Assembly (NCBI GenBank): GCA_000171835.1
Contig: ABHC01000013.1
Location: 104,340 to 168,339 of the forward strand
Origin: an alpha proteobacterium BAL199
Lineage (GTDB): Bacteria; Pseudomonadota; Alphaproteobacteria; Thalassobaculales; Thalassobaculaceae
Length of the DNA stretch: 64,000 nucleotides
Reading direction: 5' to 3'
Below are positions 47,101 through 53,886 of this stretch, piece after piece (the stretch's first letter is position 1; every line of letters begins with the position of its first letter). The notes beneath the pieces were generated by a model. That model worked only from the letters and a program-made list of their open reading frames with translations, ran no database searches and was not told the DNA's origin. The position numbers and the translations under genes were made by a program.

Positions 47101-49655
47101 TGGCGATCGCCGAGGTGGAACAAGCCCTGGTGCTGGCGCAAGGGGACGTGCCCTCACGGCGGGAGTTGGTCGCCTATCTGGCAACCCAGCCGGGAGCCGC
47201 CCCGCTCTCGAGCGCCGACCTGCGAGGCCGGCTGGCCGCGTCCTTGCCCGCCGCGATGATCCCCGCCCACGCGGTCTGGCTGGAGGCGTTCCCCCGCACC
47301 GTCAACGGCAAGATCGATCGCGCCGCCCTGCCCGCACCGCAGGCGACCGAGGACGCCGCTGACGAAGCCCCTCGAAACAGCGCCGAGGAAACCCTGGTCG
47401 ACGTCTTCGCGGCGGCGCTCAGCCGCGAGACCATCGGCATTCACCGGAACTTCTTCGATGAGGGCGGGGACTCCATAAAGCTTCTGCAGATCGCATCGGC
47501 CCTTGGCCGGCGGGGTCTGCGGGTCGAGATCGCCGATGTCTACCGCTATCCCACGGTGGCCGCGCTGGCCGACCGCCTGGCCGCCGCCGGCCCGGCGATC
47601 GATCAGGCCCCGGTGACCGGCCTCGCTCCGTTGACCGCCAGCCAAGCCTGGTTCTTCCGGGAGTTCCGGGGAAATCTCAACCACTTCAACCAATCGGTCC
47701 TGTTGCGCGCGCGCGGACGGCTGGATCCGGCGGCGCTTGACGCGGCCCTGTCGGCGCTGGTGCGCCACCACGACGCGCTGCGTCTGCGGATCGTCCGCCA
47801 TGACGGCCGGGTTTGGCAGGAATTCACCGCCTTGGGCAGCCCGGCCCCGCTGGAGACCATCGACCTGTCCACCACCCCCGGTGCGGCGGTCGGGGAGCTG
47901 ATGACCGAACACGCCAACCGGGTCCAACGCAGTCTTGATCTCCAGGCCGGGCACGTCGTGGCGGCGGCCCTGATGCGGGATCGGGACTGCGACCACCTGC
48001 TGCTGGTCATCCACCATCTGGCGGTCGATGCGGTGAGCTGGCGCGTCCTGTTGGAAGACCTGGAGACAGCCCTGGCCGCCGCGCGGGAGAACAAGCCGGC
48101 CGACCTGCCGGCCAAGACCCATTCGGTGAAATACTGGACCGAACAGGCGGCGTTGGCGGCGGTCTCCCCGGCGCTGATCGAGGAGCGGCCATATTGGGAG
48201 GTGGCACTGGCGGGAGTCCAGAGCGGAACCGAGGCGGCGAATCCCGGTCCGGTCCGTCGACGCGCCAGCCATTCCGCCGCCCTGTCGAAAGTCGAAACCG
48301 ACCGCATCCTCGCCGCCGCGACGGGCGGTGTCGGGGTCGAGGCGATCCTGCTGACCGCTTTCGCGCGGGCCTGGAACCACGAACAGCCGGACCGACCGCT
48401 GGTCCTGATGCTGGAAGCGCACGGGCGGGAGCCGATCGTCGACGGCATCGACGTTGGCCGCACCGTCGGATGGTTCACCAGCCTCTATCCCCTGCGCCTC
48501 GACACGTCGGGCCTGCCCGACGCGCCCGCCCTGGCCGAGGTCACCCGCGTCCTGGCGAATGTGCCGAACCGGGGCATCGGCTTCGGCCTGTTGTCGCAGT
48601 CGGTGGCGATCGGGCGCGCCGACATCGCCTTCAACTACCTGGGTTCGGTCGATGCCGGGGTCGGCTCCGAGATCTTCGAGCCTGGCATGGCGAGCCTTGG
48701 CGACCCGATCGACCCGGACTCCGACAGCCTGTTCGCCCTCGACATCCTCGCCAGCATCCGGGGCCAGGCGCTTGAGGTCTCGCTCGCCCACGACCCGGAT
48801 TGGATGAGCGTGGATATGGCCGACGCCTTGCTGTCACGGATGGCGGATGCGCTGCGGGCACTGGCGACCACATCGATCTCGGTGCCGCCCTTCCCGCGCC
48901 CGACGATCAGACCCTACCGCCGTCAATCGCGCGAGGACGAGCCGCTGCTCCTGAACCAGGGGCGCGGGCGACCGATCTTCGCGATGCCGCCGCTGTTCGG
49001 CTATGGCTCCGCGTTCCGGGGCCTCGCCCGGCTCGTCGACGGGACCGCTGCCTTCCACGGGTTCGACTTCATCGAGGAGGATGATCGGATCGCGCGCTAC
49101 GTCCAGGCGATCGCCGACCGCCGCAGTGGCGAGCCTCCGATGTTGCTGGGCTATTCCGGCGGCGGAAACCTGGCCTTCGCCGTGGCCAAGGGACTGATCG
49201 GCGCTGGCGTCGAAATGGGCGCGCTGATCCTGCTCGACGCCCCGCTGAAACGGCGGGTTCTGGATCAGGCGAGCGACGAGATCCACGACACGATGGCGGC
49301 GAACCTGTCTTATTTCCGCGATCGCATGGCGCACGACGCGGACTACCGGGTCTATGCGGAGGATCCCGTTCTGCACGCGCTGATGCTGCGCAAGATGGAA
49401 GCCTTCACCCGTTATCTTAACGGCCTGATCGACGACGGCAGCATCCCGGCGGACATCCACCTGATACGCTCCAGCCAGGACTGGGCCCAGCGCGAGGATT
49501 GGGATGGGTGGGCCGACCGCACGACCGGCCGCTTCCTCCGCCATCAGGGATCGGGAGAACACGCCCACATGACCGATGACGGCCATGTGGAGATCAACGC
49601 GCGGATCATCGCCGGAATATTAGCCGGAACGGGGACGCCGGATGAGGTTGATTGA
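38148..49655 (+). CDS. NRPS (3835 aa): C-A-PCP | C-A-PCP | C-A-PCP-E-TE (terminal thioesterase)
   Basis: C domains HHHILLDGWC, HHIIADGET and HHIIGDAGS. A domains VYVAYTSGSTGRPKG, AYVIYTSGTSGRPKG and AYLIFTSGSTGEPKG. PCPs GGHSLK x2 and GGDSIK. E domain HHLAVDAVSW. TE GYSGGG (GxSxG). Starts 10 nt after the previous stop. Confidence 0.9.
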   Translation: MLNRQNLKDLYPLSPMQEGMLFHALREPESTAYFEQLSFRMAPTPSRTHISAVWDLLFRRHDILRTVFIHTNAAQPLQAVLKDAPPALHFEDLRGLSDDARERFLADWKESDRLAGFDLTKAPPVRIACFDLGDDGCEIVWSHHHILLDGWCLGILQGEFLEVHRALSAGEQPALPPTTPFSHYIKWLGAREPGAAQDYWSTYLSGYEELATLVPLAEGGAHHPAEHSFTLDAETAQRLRAISVDAGVTPSTLYHALWGLLLGRSLDRDDVVFGSVIANRPEEIPGIEGMLGLFINAVPVRTRWREADSFRDLLTHLHQDMLARRAHEYLPLAEIQAGSEVNRALFDHVVLVQSYPLDQQMVANATVEIAQVELFEHTHYPLAVSITLGETPSLQLGYDRRHLTADAVRRMERQFRDLVALVAEQPNRPIDTLPLAIAAPATVRLAEAAPAETTLVALFETAVRDHGDRVAVSCGGRDLTYRALDAAANEIAWRLLDHTALGPDDRVALIARRSELLPAAMLGIAKAGAAYVPIDPDYPADRIAFRIRDSGCRMVLRLPAPGENLPPACRDAVPADLPVLEVCGDLDGRDAPPPSPPSPGDLVYVAYTSGSTGRPKGVMIEHRNVAAFSATLDAVFGLGQRDTILALTTITFDISVLELLCSLTRGLRVVIASDAVAADPDLILAEIAARGVDVLQATPSRLRNLLDAGGAEPLNRVRVALVGGEKLPPALATLLAGYPGMTAFNVYGPTETTIWSTAQQLATAPLSIGRPLPGETVILLSRNGRPCPVGMVGEICIGGVGLGRGYLGRDDLTAERYITHLLAPGERLYRTGDLGRWREDGELEVLGRGDDQVKVRGHRIEPGEIEAALAACPGVRQAVVATRERNGELELVAWAAGESLDPAPLRDALMRQLPGYMVPGQISALEAMPLLPSGKVDRHRLPEPEIGPAPSAARPRDALETHVADLFADVLEGPAPGLFDDFFALGGHSLKATRLLARLRKAFSRDLRMADLFQEPTVAGVAARIRKALPAFADAIPRLADAESYALSHSQRRMWVLERMEPGSQAYLMPVAFRLDGAVDGDALRRTIDALAARHEALRTIFPAIDGAPRQVILPAGPVDMTVTDRSDAINSDAEAAAAMAEFFAEPFAIETSAPFRAALIRLSPTRHLLLFALHHIIADGETLAILERDLGRLYRAIADGTGQDPGPDPGDPPVRYRDFAAWQNDFLAWDGAGDGAGNKAGDSRAYWHDILSGEIPALDLGTDHPRPAIADTAGDLLTLSLDLRESNGLRRLARDRGATLFMAVSALVATLLHRRSDSDDVLLGFPVAGRTHGDLQDVAGIFVNTLVLRHRLPEGDGLAAVIDRVRRQVEGALEHQAYPFDRLVDELEIPRDPGRSPIFDVLVTLQPPVTGRLSLGSLTVTPEPVPATTSRFELAFAFTDPGDGTIGLTIEYRTSLFERRGIERLADQLRRLLAGGVADPRKPITRLPILGAEDLRVIASAASPPLAPVEDTIVSLFRRQVALTPDLPALVDGDRHLTYRALSDRADALATLLSARAETGPDRRVAVLAERTIDAYVGILGILVAGAAYVPLDPAHPDARLEALIADCAAVAVVTDGAQAQRARRLTTRPVLESGEGGTRTESPPPPTPQPDHLAYVIYTSGTSGRPKGVMVEHRAITNLARWFDWDLYGRCGTGLRHAAIAALTFDVSPHEICGSLLRGDTLYVVPEEVKRDPRLLDRFMARHRIEVLCTTPSLLTAGLDAGLWAGGCTLRVLGIGAEPLTRTLTDRLFALPHREDFAVWNLYGPTEACVECIVHQVKPGSGPAAVPIGRPIPATRVYLLDTHVQPTPIGVAGEICIAGINLARGYLGQPELTRDRFVSLPDDPTERIYRTGDLAYWRPDGSLHFIGRRDHQVKIRGYRIELAEIEHHLLRQPGVRAGVVMPWDTGDGASLACWFVPEGTPDVPALREALGTTLPAPMVPTHFVAMDALPLNANGKVDRAALPPPMIGSATQGLDPISGPTEAALHDIWVEVLGDQDGGPSSGPLSFGRRDDFFTVGGHSLKAVRIAARIRDRLAVDLPLSVLFSAPTIAKQAARVEALRPAPTAATAPPTAEPDDGLYPLTHAQRRLWALCQAGAASAYGLAAAFEIAGPLDSARFREALGALVDRHESLRTVFPVIDGTPRQRVLDATVPAVRGRDLSDAREPVAAAVADAHEIAAEPYDLATGPLLRVALWRVGSDRHVLLIAVHHIIGDAGSLDVLLHDLTALYAGDALAPLSRQARHFALEEQARLAAGGDEVARDRAYWLVKLAGELPVLDFPSDHPRPPFRDWRGETLARPLSPAVTAGLDALARAEGASLYAVTVALAKVLLHRHSGQDDIVLGSVVTGRDGADLEAQIGFYVETVALRDTVSGDASFSALLARVRRTVADAIDHRRYPFDRVVEDLALAPDRSRNPIFDVMLVYETRGAARPETGSLRVSPLALANPVSKLDLTFHVSLEEAGLHLAIEYRRDLYAADRITRLLAQFETLAADLIARGSATPVADLRLLSADDRAALTDCVSCGGRRPVASARLDSLFAERAAAMADRPAVITGDTALSYHDLDALSDRVAEFLRHHCGLHAGEPVLVRLDRTPHLIAAVLGILKAGGVYMPVDRQTPATRVTAVLNKSRCRLAIADTAPVGMTACGEVSAVRVFSADEPQRAADRYAGLEAGPDGDPPAYLIFTSGSTGEPKGVLLGHAGFLNMITCQIDTFGIGADDRVLLFASPAFDASMSELFMALLAGAALVPAPADTVADPRLFLELMDRQRVSVATLPPAYLSALGRPALAALRVLITAGEPPVDTDVRHYAPRLRYFNAYGPTESSVCASIFEVPAAGVGADTPVPIGRPLANTAIHVLDPRLAPVPIGVPGEICIAGAGLALGYVGDPAETARAFVDWNGIRLYRTGDRGWWREDGQLVYGGRLDQQLKIRGQRVEPAEIERALMAIAEVEQALVLAQGDVPSRRELVAYLATQPGAAPLSSADLRGRLAASLPAAMIPAHAVWLEAFPRTVNGKIDRAALPAPQATEDAADEAPRNSAEETLVDVFAAALSRETIGIHRNFFDEGGDSIKLLQIASALGRRGLRVEIADVYRYPTVAALADRLAAAGPAIDQAPVTGLAPLTASQAWFFREFRGNLNHFNQSVLLRARGRLDPAALDAALSALVRHHDALRLRIVRHDGRVWQEFTALGSPAPLETIDLSTTPGAAVGELMTEHANRVQRSLDLQAGHVVAAALMRDRDCDHLLLVIHHLAVDAVSWRVLLEDLETALAAARENKPADLPAKTHSVKYWTEQAALAAVSPALIEERPYWEVALAGVQSGTEAANPGPVRRRASHSAALSKVETDRILAAATGGVGVEAILLTAFARAWNHEQPDRPLVLMLEAHGREPIVDGIDVGRTVGWFTSLYPLRLDTSGLPDAPALAEVTRVLANVPNRGIGFGLLSQSVAIGRADIAFNYLGSVDAGVGSEIFEPGMASLGDPIDPDSDSLFALDILASIRGQALEVSLAHDPDWMSVDMADALLSRMADALRALATTSISVPPFPRPTIRPYRRQSREDEPLLLNQGRGRPIFAMPPLFGYGSAFRGLARLVDGTAAFHGFDFIEEDDRIARYVQAIADRRSGEPPMLLGYSGGGNLAFAVAKGLIGAGVEMGALILLDAPLKRRVLDQASDEIHDTMAANLSYFRDRMAHDADYRVYAEDPVLHALMLRKMEAFTRYLNGLIDDGSIPADIHLIRSSQDWAQREDWDGWADRTTGRFLRHQGSGEHAHMTDDGHVEINARIIAGILAGTGTPDEVD
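48900..49655 (+). other. Type I chain-releasing thioesterase domain (probable macrocyclising TE)
   Basis: C-terminal ~250 aa alpha/beta hydrolase with GYSGGG nucleophile elbow; last domain of the assembly line. Confidence 0.75.
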
Positions 49656-49661
49656 GCATGA

Positions 49662-49682
49662 CCCGCAAGGCGGGTATCTTGA
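49662..49682 (+). terminator. Weak candidate intrinsic terminator after the last NRPS gene (CCCGC-aag-GCGGG plus TATCTT)
   Basis: 5-bp GC stem and 3-nt loop followed by a short T-rich tract 7 nt after the stop; weak. Confidence 0.2.
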
Positions 49683-49724
49683 CGCGCGTTGGAAATTCAC
49701 CGGGGCCGGGCCGTGAGTCATCGA

Positions 49725-50273
49725 ATGTCAGTTTCCCCTAGACCGGTGCGGCCACCGGGTTTGATGGCCCTGGCGATCATGACTCTGGTGTCGATCCTGG
49801 CCGTCGGCGTGCCCGGCACTCCGGCTGGCGCCTTCACCCTGCCGAAGGATAGCCACGTCGGCCTTCCGCCCGATTCGGTTCCCAACGACGGCACTTTCAC
49901 CGGAGAGGGATCCGGCATCTACATCATGGTCCAGGACAAGCGGGAGGTGGGCAACGCCAACGATCCCGACTCGATCGTCTGCGCGGTGGACATCGCGGTC
50001 TACAACCTCACCGTCGACGATGTGGCCGAACTGGTACTGCAGGTCACCTATCTCGGCCCCAACGGCGAGAGAATGACGTCGTTGACCCGGTTTCAGGACC
50101 TGCGCACCGATCTGCCGCAGATCGATCTCCTCAACCGCAGCACGGTCCCCAATTGTCGCAATCTGTCGATTTCCGCCGTACCGCTGCTGTGCCGGACCGC
50201 CGACAATTTCGATTGCCGCGATCAGGTCAAGGGGATCCGAAGCGGTACCTTCAAGCCGGTCGACGTGATGTGA
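49725..50273 (+). CDS. Hypothetical secreted protein (predicted Sec signal peptide; 4 Cys in mature part)
   Basis: The ORF track gives a TTG at 49689. ATG 49725 (MSVSPRPVRPPGLMALAIMTLVSILAVGVPGTPAGA) gives a canonical n/h/c signal peptide; 49764 is also possible. No family recognised. Confidence 0.45.
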   Translation: MSVSPRPVRPPGLMALAIMTLVSILAVGVPGTPAGAFTLPKDSHVGLPPDSVPNDGTFTGEGSGIYIMVQDKREVGNANDPDSIVCAVDIAVYNLTVDDVAELVLQVTYLGPNGERMTSLTRFQDLRTDLPQIDLLNRSTVPNCRNLSISAVPLLCRTADNFDCRDQVKGIRSGTFKPVDVM

Positions 50274-50295
50274 CTGCCGGACGCGGGAGTTCCTG

Positions 50296-50463
50296 ATGAT
50301 CAATTTCGCCCTGGTCGGTTATGTCTGCGTGGCGCTCCTGCTCGCCTTTCTCGGCCGCCGCACGCGGCTGGGACCGATCCTGATCTTCCTGATCTCGATC
50401 CTTCTCACCCCGGTATTCTCGATGATCTATCTGATCGTTACCCGCTTCGAATTCCGTAAATGA
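50296..50463 (+). CDS. Unannotated 55-aa two-TM membrane peptide (MINFALVGYVCVALLLAFLGRRTRLGPILIFLISILLTPVFSMIYLIVTRFEFRK), translationally coupled to the ABC exporter
   Basis: GGGAG Shine-Dalgarno 7 nt upstream of the ATG. The stop TGA (50461-50463) overlaps the ABC transporter ATG (50460) as ATGA. Below the 60-aa cutoff of the track. Confidence 0.45.
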   Translation: MINFALVGYVCVALLLAFLGRRTRLGPILIFLISILLTPVFSMIYLIVTRFEFRK

Positions 50464-52100
50464 GGGTCCTGGACTTCATCAAGGAGAGCGGTCTTTCCAA
50501 CCGCTACCAGTTCATGCTCGTCGCCGTGATGGCCAGCGTGACGAATTCGGCCGTGCTGATCGTCGTGAACATGGCGGCCCGCTCGGGATACGGATCGGGC
50601 CTCAATCTGTATCTGTTCTTCATCTTCCTGTTCGCCGTCGGAACCTACGCCTTCGCCCAGCGTCGGGCGTTGGCGATGGCGACATCGGATATCGAGACCA
50701 TGGTGGCCGGCGTGCGCCGGCGGTTCCTGAAACGCATCCGGGCATGCGAGTTGCTGAGCATCGAGGGGATCGGCCAGGCGCGTATCCTCGCGGCCATGAC
50801 CGCCGACGCCCAGGCCCTGTCGCAGTCGCTCAGCCAGGCGGTGATGGGGCTCCAGGCGGTGCTGGTGACGCTGATCACCGGGGCGTACATCTGCTATCTG
50901 TCCCGGCCCGCCTTTTTCCTGTGGCTGCTGTCGGTCGTGTTGTCCGCCATCCTGATCTCGCGGCAATGGGCGCGGTCGCAAAGCCTGCTGGCGGAGGCCG
51001 CCGCCCGGGACGGCGAGTTCCAGGATCTGGCCGCCTCCCTGCTGCACGGCTTCAAGGAAGTGAAACTCAGCACCCGCCGGGCGCGGGCCCTGTTCGGCGA
51101 GATCGGCACCGTGATCGAGGACGTCCGCAATGTGCGCATCGACGCCCAGCGCGGCATGGACCAGAGCTACGTGTTCGGACAGGTGCTGTTCTTCCTGCTG
51201 GTCGGCTCCATGATCTTCCTGCTGCCGGCCCTGGGCAATGTGGAGCACGACACGCTGAGCCAGGTGACGACGGCGGTGCTGTTCGTTCTGGGACCGGTGA
51301 CGATGATCATCGGCTGCGTGCCCGCGCTGTCCCTGGCGGAGGCCGCCGCCACCAAGCTTCACGGACTGGAAGCCGCCCTGGATGCCCAGATCTCGGCCGA
51401 AGAGGCGGCACGCACGGACAGCCCGTCCCCGCTGACGCCGCAGCCGGCGTTCGAGAGCCTGGAATTCCGGGACGTGACATTCCGCTACCCCGAGGGCCCG
51501 GACAGCAACGGTTTCCGTCTCGGACCGCTGAGCTTCGCCGTCACCGGCGGGGAGACCCTGTTCATCACCGGTGGCAATGGCGCGGGCAAGTCCACCTTCC
51601 TGCGGTTGCTGACCGGACTTTACCAGCCGGTATCGGGTCAGATCCTTCTGAACGGCAAGGAGATCGACGCGAGCAGCATACAGACCCTGCGGGAGACGAT
51701 CGCCGCGGTCTATTCGGACTACTTCCTGTTCAAGAAACTGTACGGGATCGCCGTCTCCCCCGACGACGCCGCCGACTGGCTCGACGAGATGGAGATCAGC
51801 GGCAAGACCACGATCACCGAGGACGGCTTCACCCAGACCCAGTTGTCGACCGGCCAGCGCAAGCGTCTGGCGCTGATCGCCTCGGTCCTGGAAAGCAAGC
51901 CGCTGCTGGTTCTGGACGAATGGGCCGCCGACCAGGATCCGCTTTTCCGCCGCAAGTTCTATGAGGTTATTTTGCCAGCGTTGAAGAAGCGCGGTATCAC
52001 CATCATCGCCGCGACCCACGATGATCGTTGGTTCCACTTGGCGGATCGTCAAATCCATCTGGCAGACGGGGCGATCCACAAACCAGGGAGTCCGGCGTGA
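50460..52100 (+). CDS. ABC transporter, fused TMD-NBD, cyclic-peptide exporter family (SyrD-like)
   Basis: 546 aa with six predicted TM helices then an NBD. Walker A GGNGAGKST, signature LSTGQRKRLAL, Walker B LLVLDEWAADQDP. The DEWAADQD form is typical of the cyclic-peptide transporter family. Confidence 0.8.
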   Translation: MRVLDFIKESGLSNRYQFMLVAVMASVTNSAVLIVVNMAARSGYGSGLNLYLFFIFLFAVGTYAFAQRRALAMATSDIETMVAGVRRRFLKRIRACELLSIEGIGQARILAAMTADAQALSQSLSQAVMGLQAVLVTLITGAYICYLSRPAFFLWLLSVVLSAILISRQWARSQSLLAEAAARDGEFQDLAASLLHGFKEVKLSTRRARALFGEIGTVIEDVRNVRIDAQRGMDQSYVFGQVLFFLLVGSMIFLLPALGNVEHDTLSQVTTAVLFVLGPVTMIIGCVPALSLAEAAATKLHGLEAALDAQISAEEAARTDSPSPLTPQPAFESLEFRDVTFRYPEGPDSNGFRLGPLSFAVTGGETLFITGGNGAGKSTFLRLLTGLYQPVSGQILLNGKEIDASSIQTLRETIAAVYSDYFLFKKLYGIAVSPDDAADWLDEMEISGKTTITEDGFTQTQLSTGQRKRLALIASVLESKPLLVLDEWAADQDPLFRRKFYEVILPALKKRGITIIAATHDDRWFHLADRQIHLADGAIHKPGSPA

Positions 52101-53494
52101 TGGCCCAGGACGACGCAGACGCGAAGACGGAAGACGCCAAGGCGGCGCCCCCCCGGAAAAGCTGGTTTCGCCGAACGATCAACGCGATCGAGGGTTGGTT
52201 CGGCCGCCGGATCTTCACGTTCAGCATCCTGTTGATCCTCTTCGTGGTGGCGCTCCTGTACGCCCTTCCCTTCATGGTCTATCAGGTCGGTCCCGGACAC
52301 GTGGGCGTGCGCTGGTACCGGCTGTTCGGCGGCACCGATCTGGAGACGGTTCTGGGCGAAGGGCTGCATGTCATCCCGCCGTGGGACCGGATCTACGACT
52401 ACGACGCGCGGCTGCAGCGCCATGAGCGGAAATTCAAGGCGCTGTCGGTGGACGGGCTGCCGATCTCGATCGACCTCGCGTGGCGCTATGCCATCCGCCG
52501 CGAGAACGTAGGCCTGCTGCACAAGTATCTTGGTCCCAACTACGAGGATGTCCTGATCATTCCGACCCTGTCGGAACACGTGCGCGAAGTGATGGCCAAG
52601 TACCGCCCGGAAGATATCTGGTCGCGGGACCGCGCGGCGGTGACCAACGAGATCCTGCAGCGCACCCGGAAGATGCTGAAGGAAGAATCGCTGAACAATG
52701 TCGGGTTGGACGTCATCCAGTTGAACGACGTGCTTCTGGTCGGCATCGACCTGCCGGTGGAATTCGAGAAGGCGGTCGTCGACAAACAGATCGCCAACCA
52801 GATACAGCTCGCATGGGACTACCGCCTGCTGCGCGAGCAGAAGGAGGCGCAACGCAAGGAGATCGAGGCGCTGGGCATCCGCAAGTTCCAGGATGTGGTC
52901 AGCTACGGCCTGACGGACTCCTACCTGCGCTGGCGCGGCATCGAGGCGACGCTTGAACTGGCCCAGTCGACCAACGCCAAGGTGGTGGTGATCGGATCGC
53001 CGGGGGCCGGCGGCCTGCCGCTCATTCTCGGCAGCCTGGATGGTCTGCGCGATCCGCCGCCTACCAATGTGCACCAAGTCGGCCCGACCGCCGCCGCAGC
53101 GGCAGCGGCCGCCGCCAAGCCCAATCCCCTGGCAGGCGACCCGGTCGCACGCCCCGCATTTCCGGGGCCGGCGAGCTCCGCGGGTGCCGCGGCGGGGGGA
53201 GCGGCAACTCCCGGACCCAAACCATCAGATTCGGCGGCGACAGGTTCGGCGGCGACAGGTTCGGCGGCGACAAGTTCGGCGGCGACAGGTTCGGCGGCGA
53301 CAGGTTCGGCAGCGACAGGTTCGGCGGGACAGCCTTCCGCTGCGGGTACGATGCCCCTGCGCACCGGGGCGCCGCCGGCCTCGGGCCAGGACGCACCACC
53401 ACAGCCCAACGGATCCCCGGCCCCCGAGCCGGAGAACGCCGCCAATAAGGGCGACGCCCCGCCGGAGCCGCTGGCCACGTCACCTAAACAATAG
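52100..53494 (+). CDS. SPFH/band-7 (stomatin/prohibitin/HflK-like) membrane protein with Ala/Pro-rich tail containing a (SAATG)n repeat
   Basis: N-terminal TM segment, then an SPFH-like core (PFMVYQVGPGHVGVRWYRLFGG...). GGGAG SD 9 nt upstream. TGATG overlap with the ABC gene stop. Track start 52028 rejected. Confidence 0.7.
   Translation: MAQDDADAKTEDAKAAPPRKSWFRRTINAIEGWFGRRIFTFSILLILFVVALLYALPFMVYQVGPGHVGVRWYRLFGGTDLETVLGEGLHVIPPWDRIYDYDARLQRHERKFKALSVDGLPISIDLAWRYAIRRENVGLLHKYLGPNYEDVLIIPTLSEHVREVMAKYRPEDIWSRDRAAVTNEILQRTRKMLKEESLNNVGLDVIQLNDVLLVGIDLPVEFEKAVVDKQIANQIQLAWDYRLLREQKEAQRKEIEALGIRKFQDVVSYGLTDSYLRWRGIEATLELAQSTNAKVVVIGSPGAGGLPLILGSLDGLRDPPPTNVHQVGPTAAAAAAAAAKPNPLAGDPVARPAFPGPASSAGAAAGGAATPGPKPSDSAATGSAATGSAATSSAATGSAATGSAATGSAGQPSAAGTMPLRTGAPPASGQDAPPQPNGSPAPEPENAANKGDAPPEPLATSPKQ
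53231..53320 (+). repeat. 15-bp tandem repeat (tcggcggcgacaggt) x6 with two single-nt variants, encoding (SAATG)n in the SPFH tail
   Basis: Seen directly. Confidence 0.85.
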
Positions 53495-53495
53495 G

Positions 53496-53537
53496 GGAAT
53501 TGTTCCCCTTCCCGGCGCCGTTCGGCCACCGGGAAGG
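53496..53537. terminator. Overlapping perfect hairpins between convergent genes (AGGGGAA-ttg-TTCCCCT; CCCCTTCCCGG-13 nt-CCGGGAAGGGG); candidate bidirectional terminator
   Basis: Perfect 7-bp and 11-bp stems seen directly. No U-tract, so it is rho-independent only if this organism tolerates that. Confidence 0.3.
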
Positions 53538-53550
53538 GGATGTGGATGCC

Positions 53551-53886
53551 TTATTCCGCCGCCTGCTTCACACCGGCATCCAAGGCCGCCAGCACCGCGG
53601 GCGGAGACATCGGCAGGTCGCACATCCGCAAGCCGAGCGCGTTGTTCACCGCATTCGCGACCGCCGCCAGACCGGGCACCAACGGCACCTCGCCGACGCC
53701 ACGCACACCCTGGGGGTGCTTGGGGTCCGGGATCTCCAGGATGATCGTGTCCAGCATCGGCAGGTCCGAACAGACCGGCATGCGGTAGTCCAGGAAGCCC
53801 GGATTATCCACCCGGCCCTTCTTGTCGTAGATGTACTCCTCGTTCAGCGCCCAGCCGATGCCCTGGGCGATACCGCCTAGCAGCTG
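53551..53886 (-). pseudogene. C-terminal fragment of a molybdopterin-dependent hydroxylase large subunit (xanthine dehydrogenase/CoxL family), truncated by an IS5-family insertion
   Basis: LLGGIAQGIGWALNEE...GVGEVPLVPGLAAVANAVNNALG matches the family C-terminus. The reading frame is broken at the IS junction. Confidence 0.6.
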
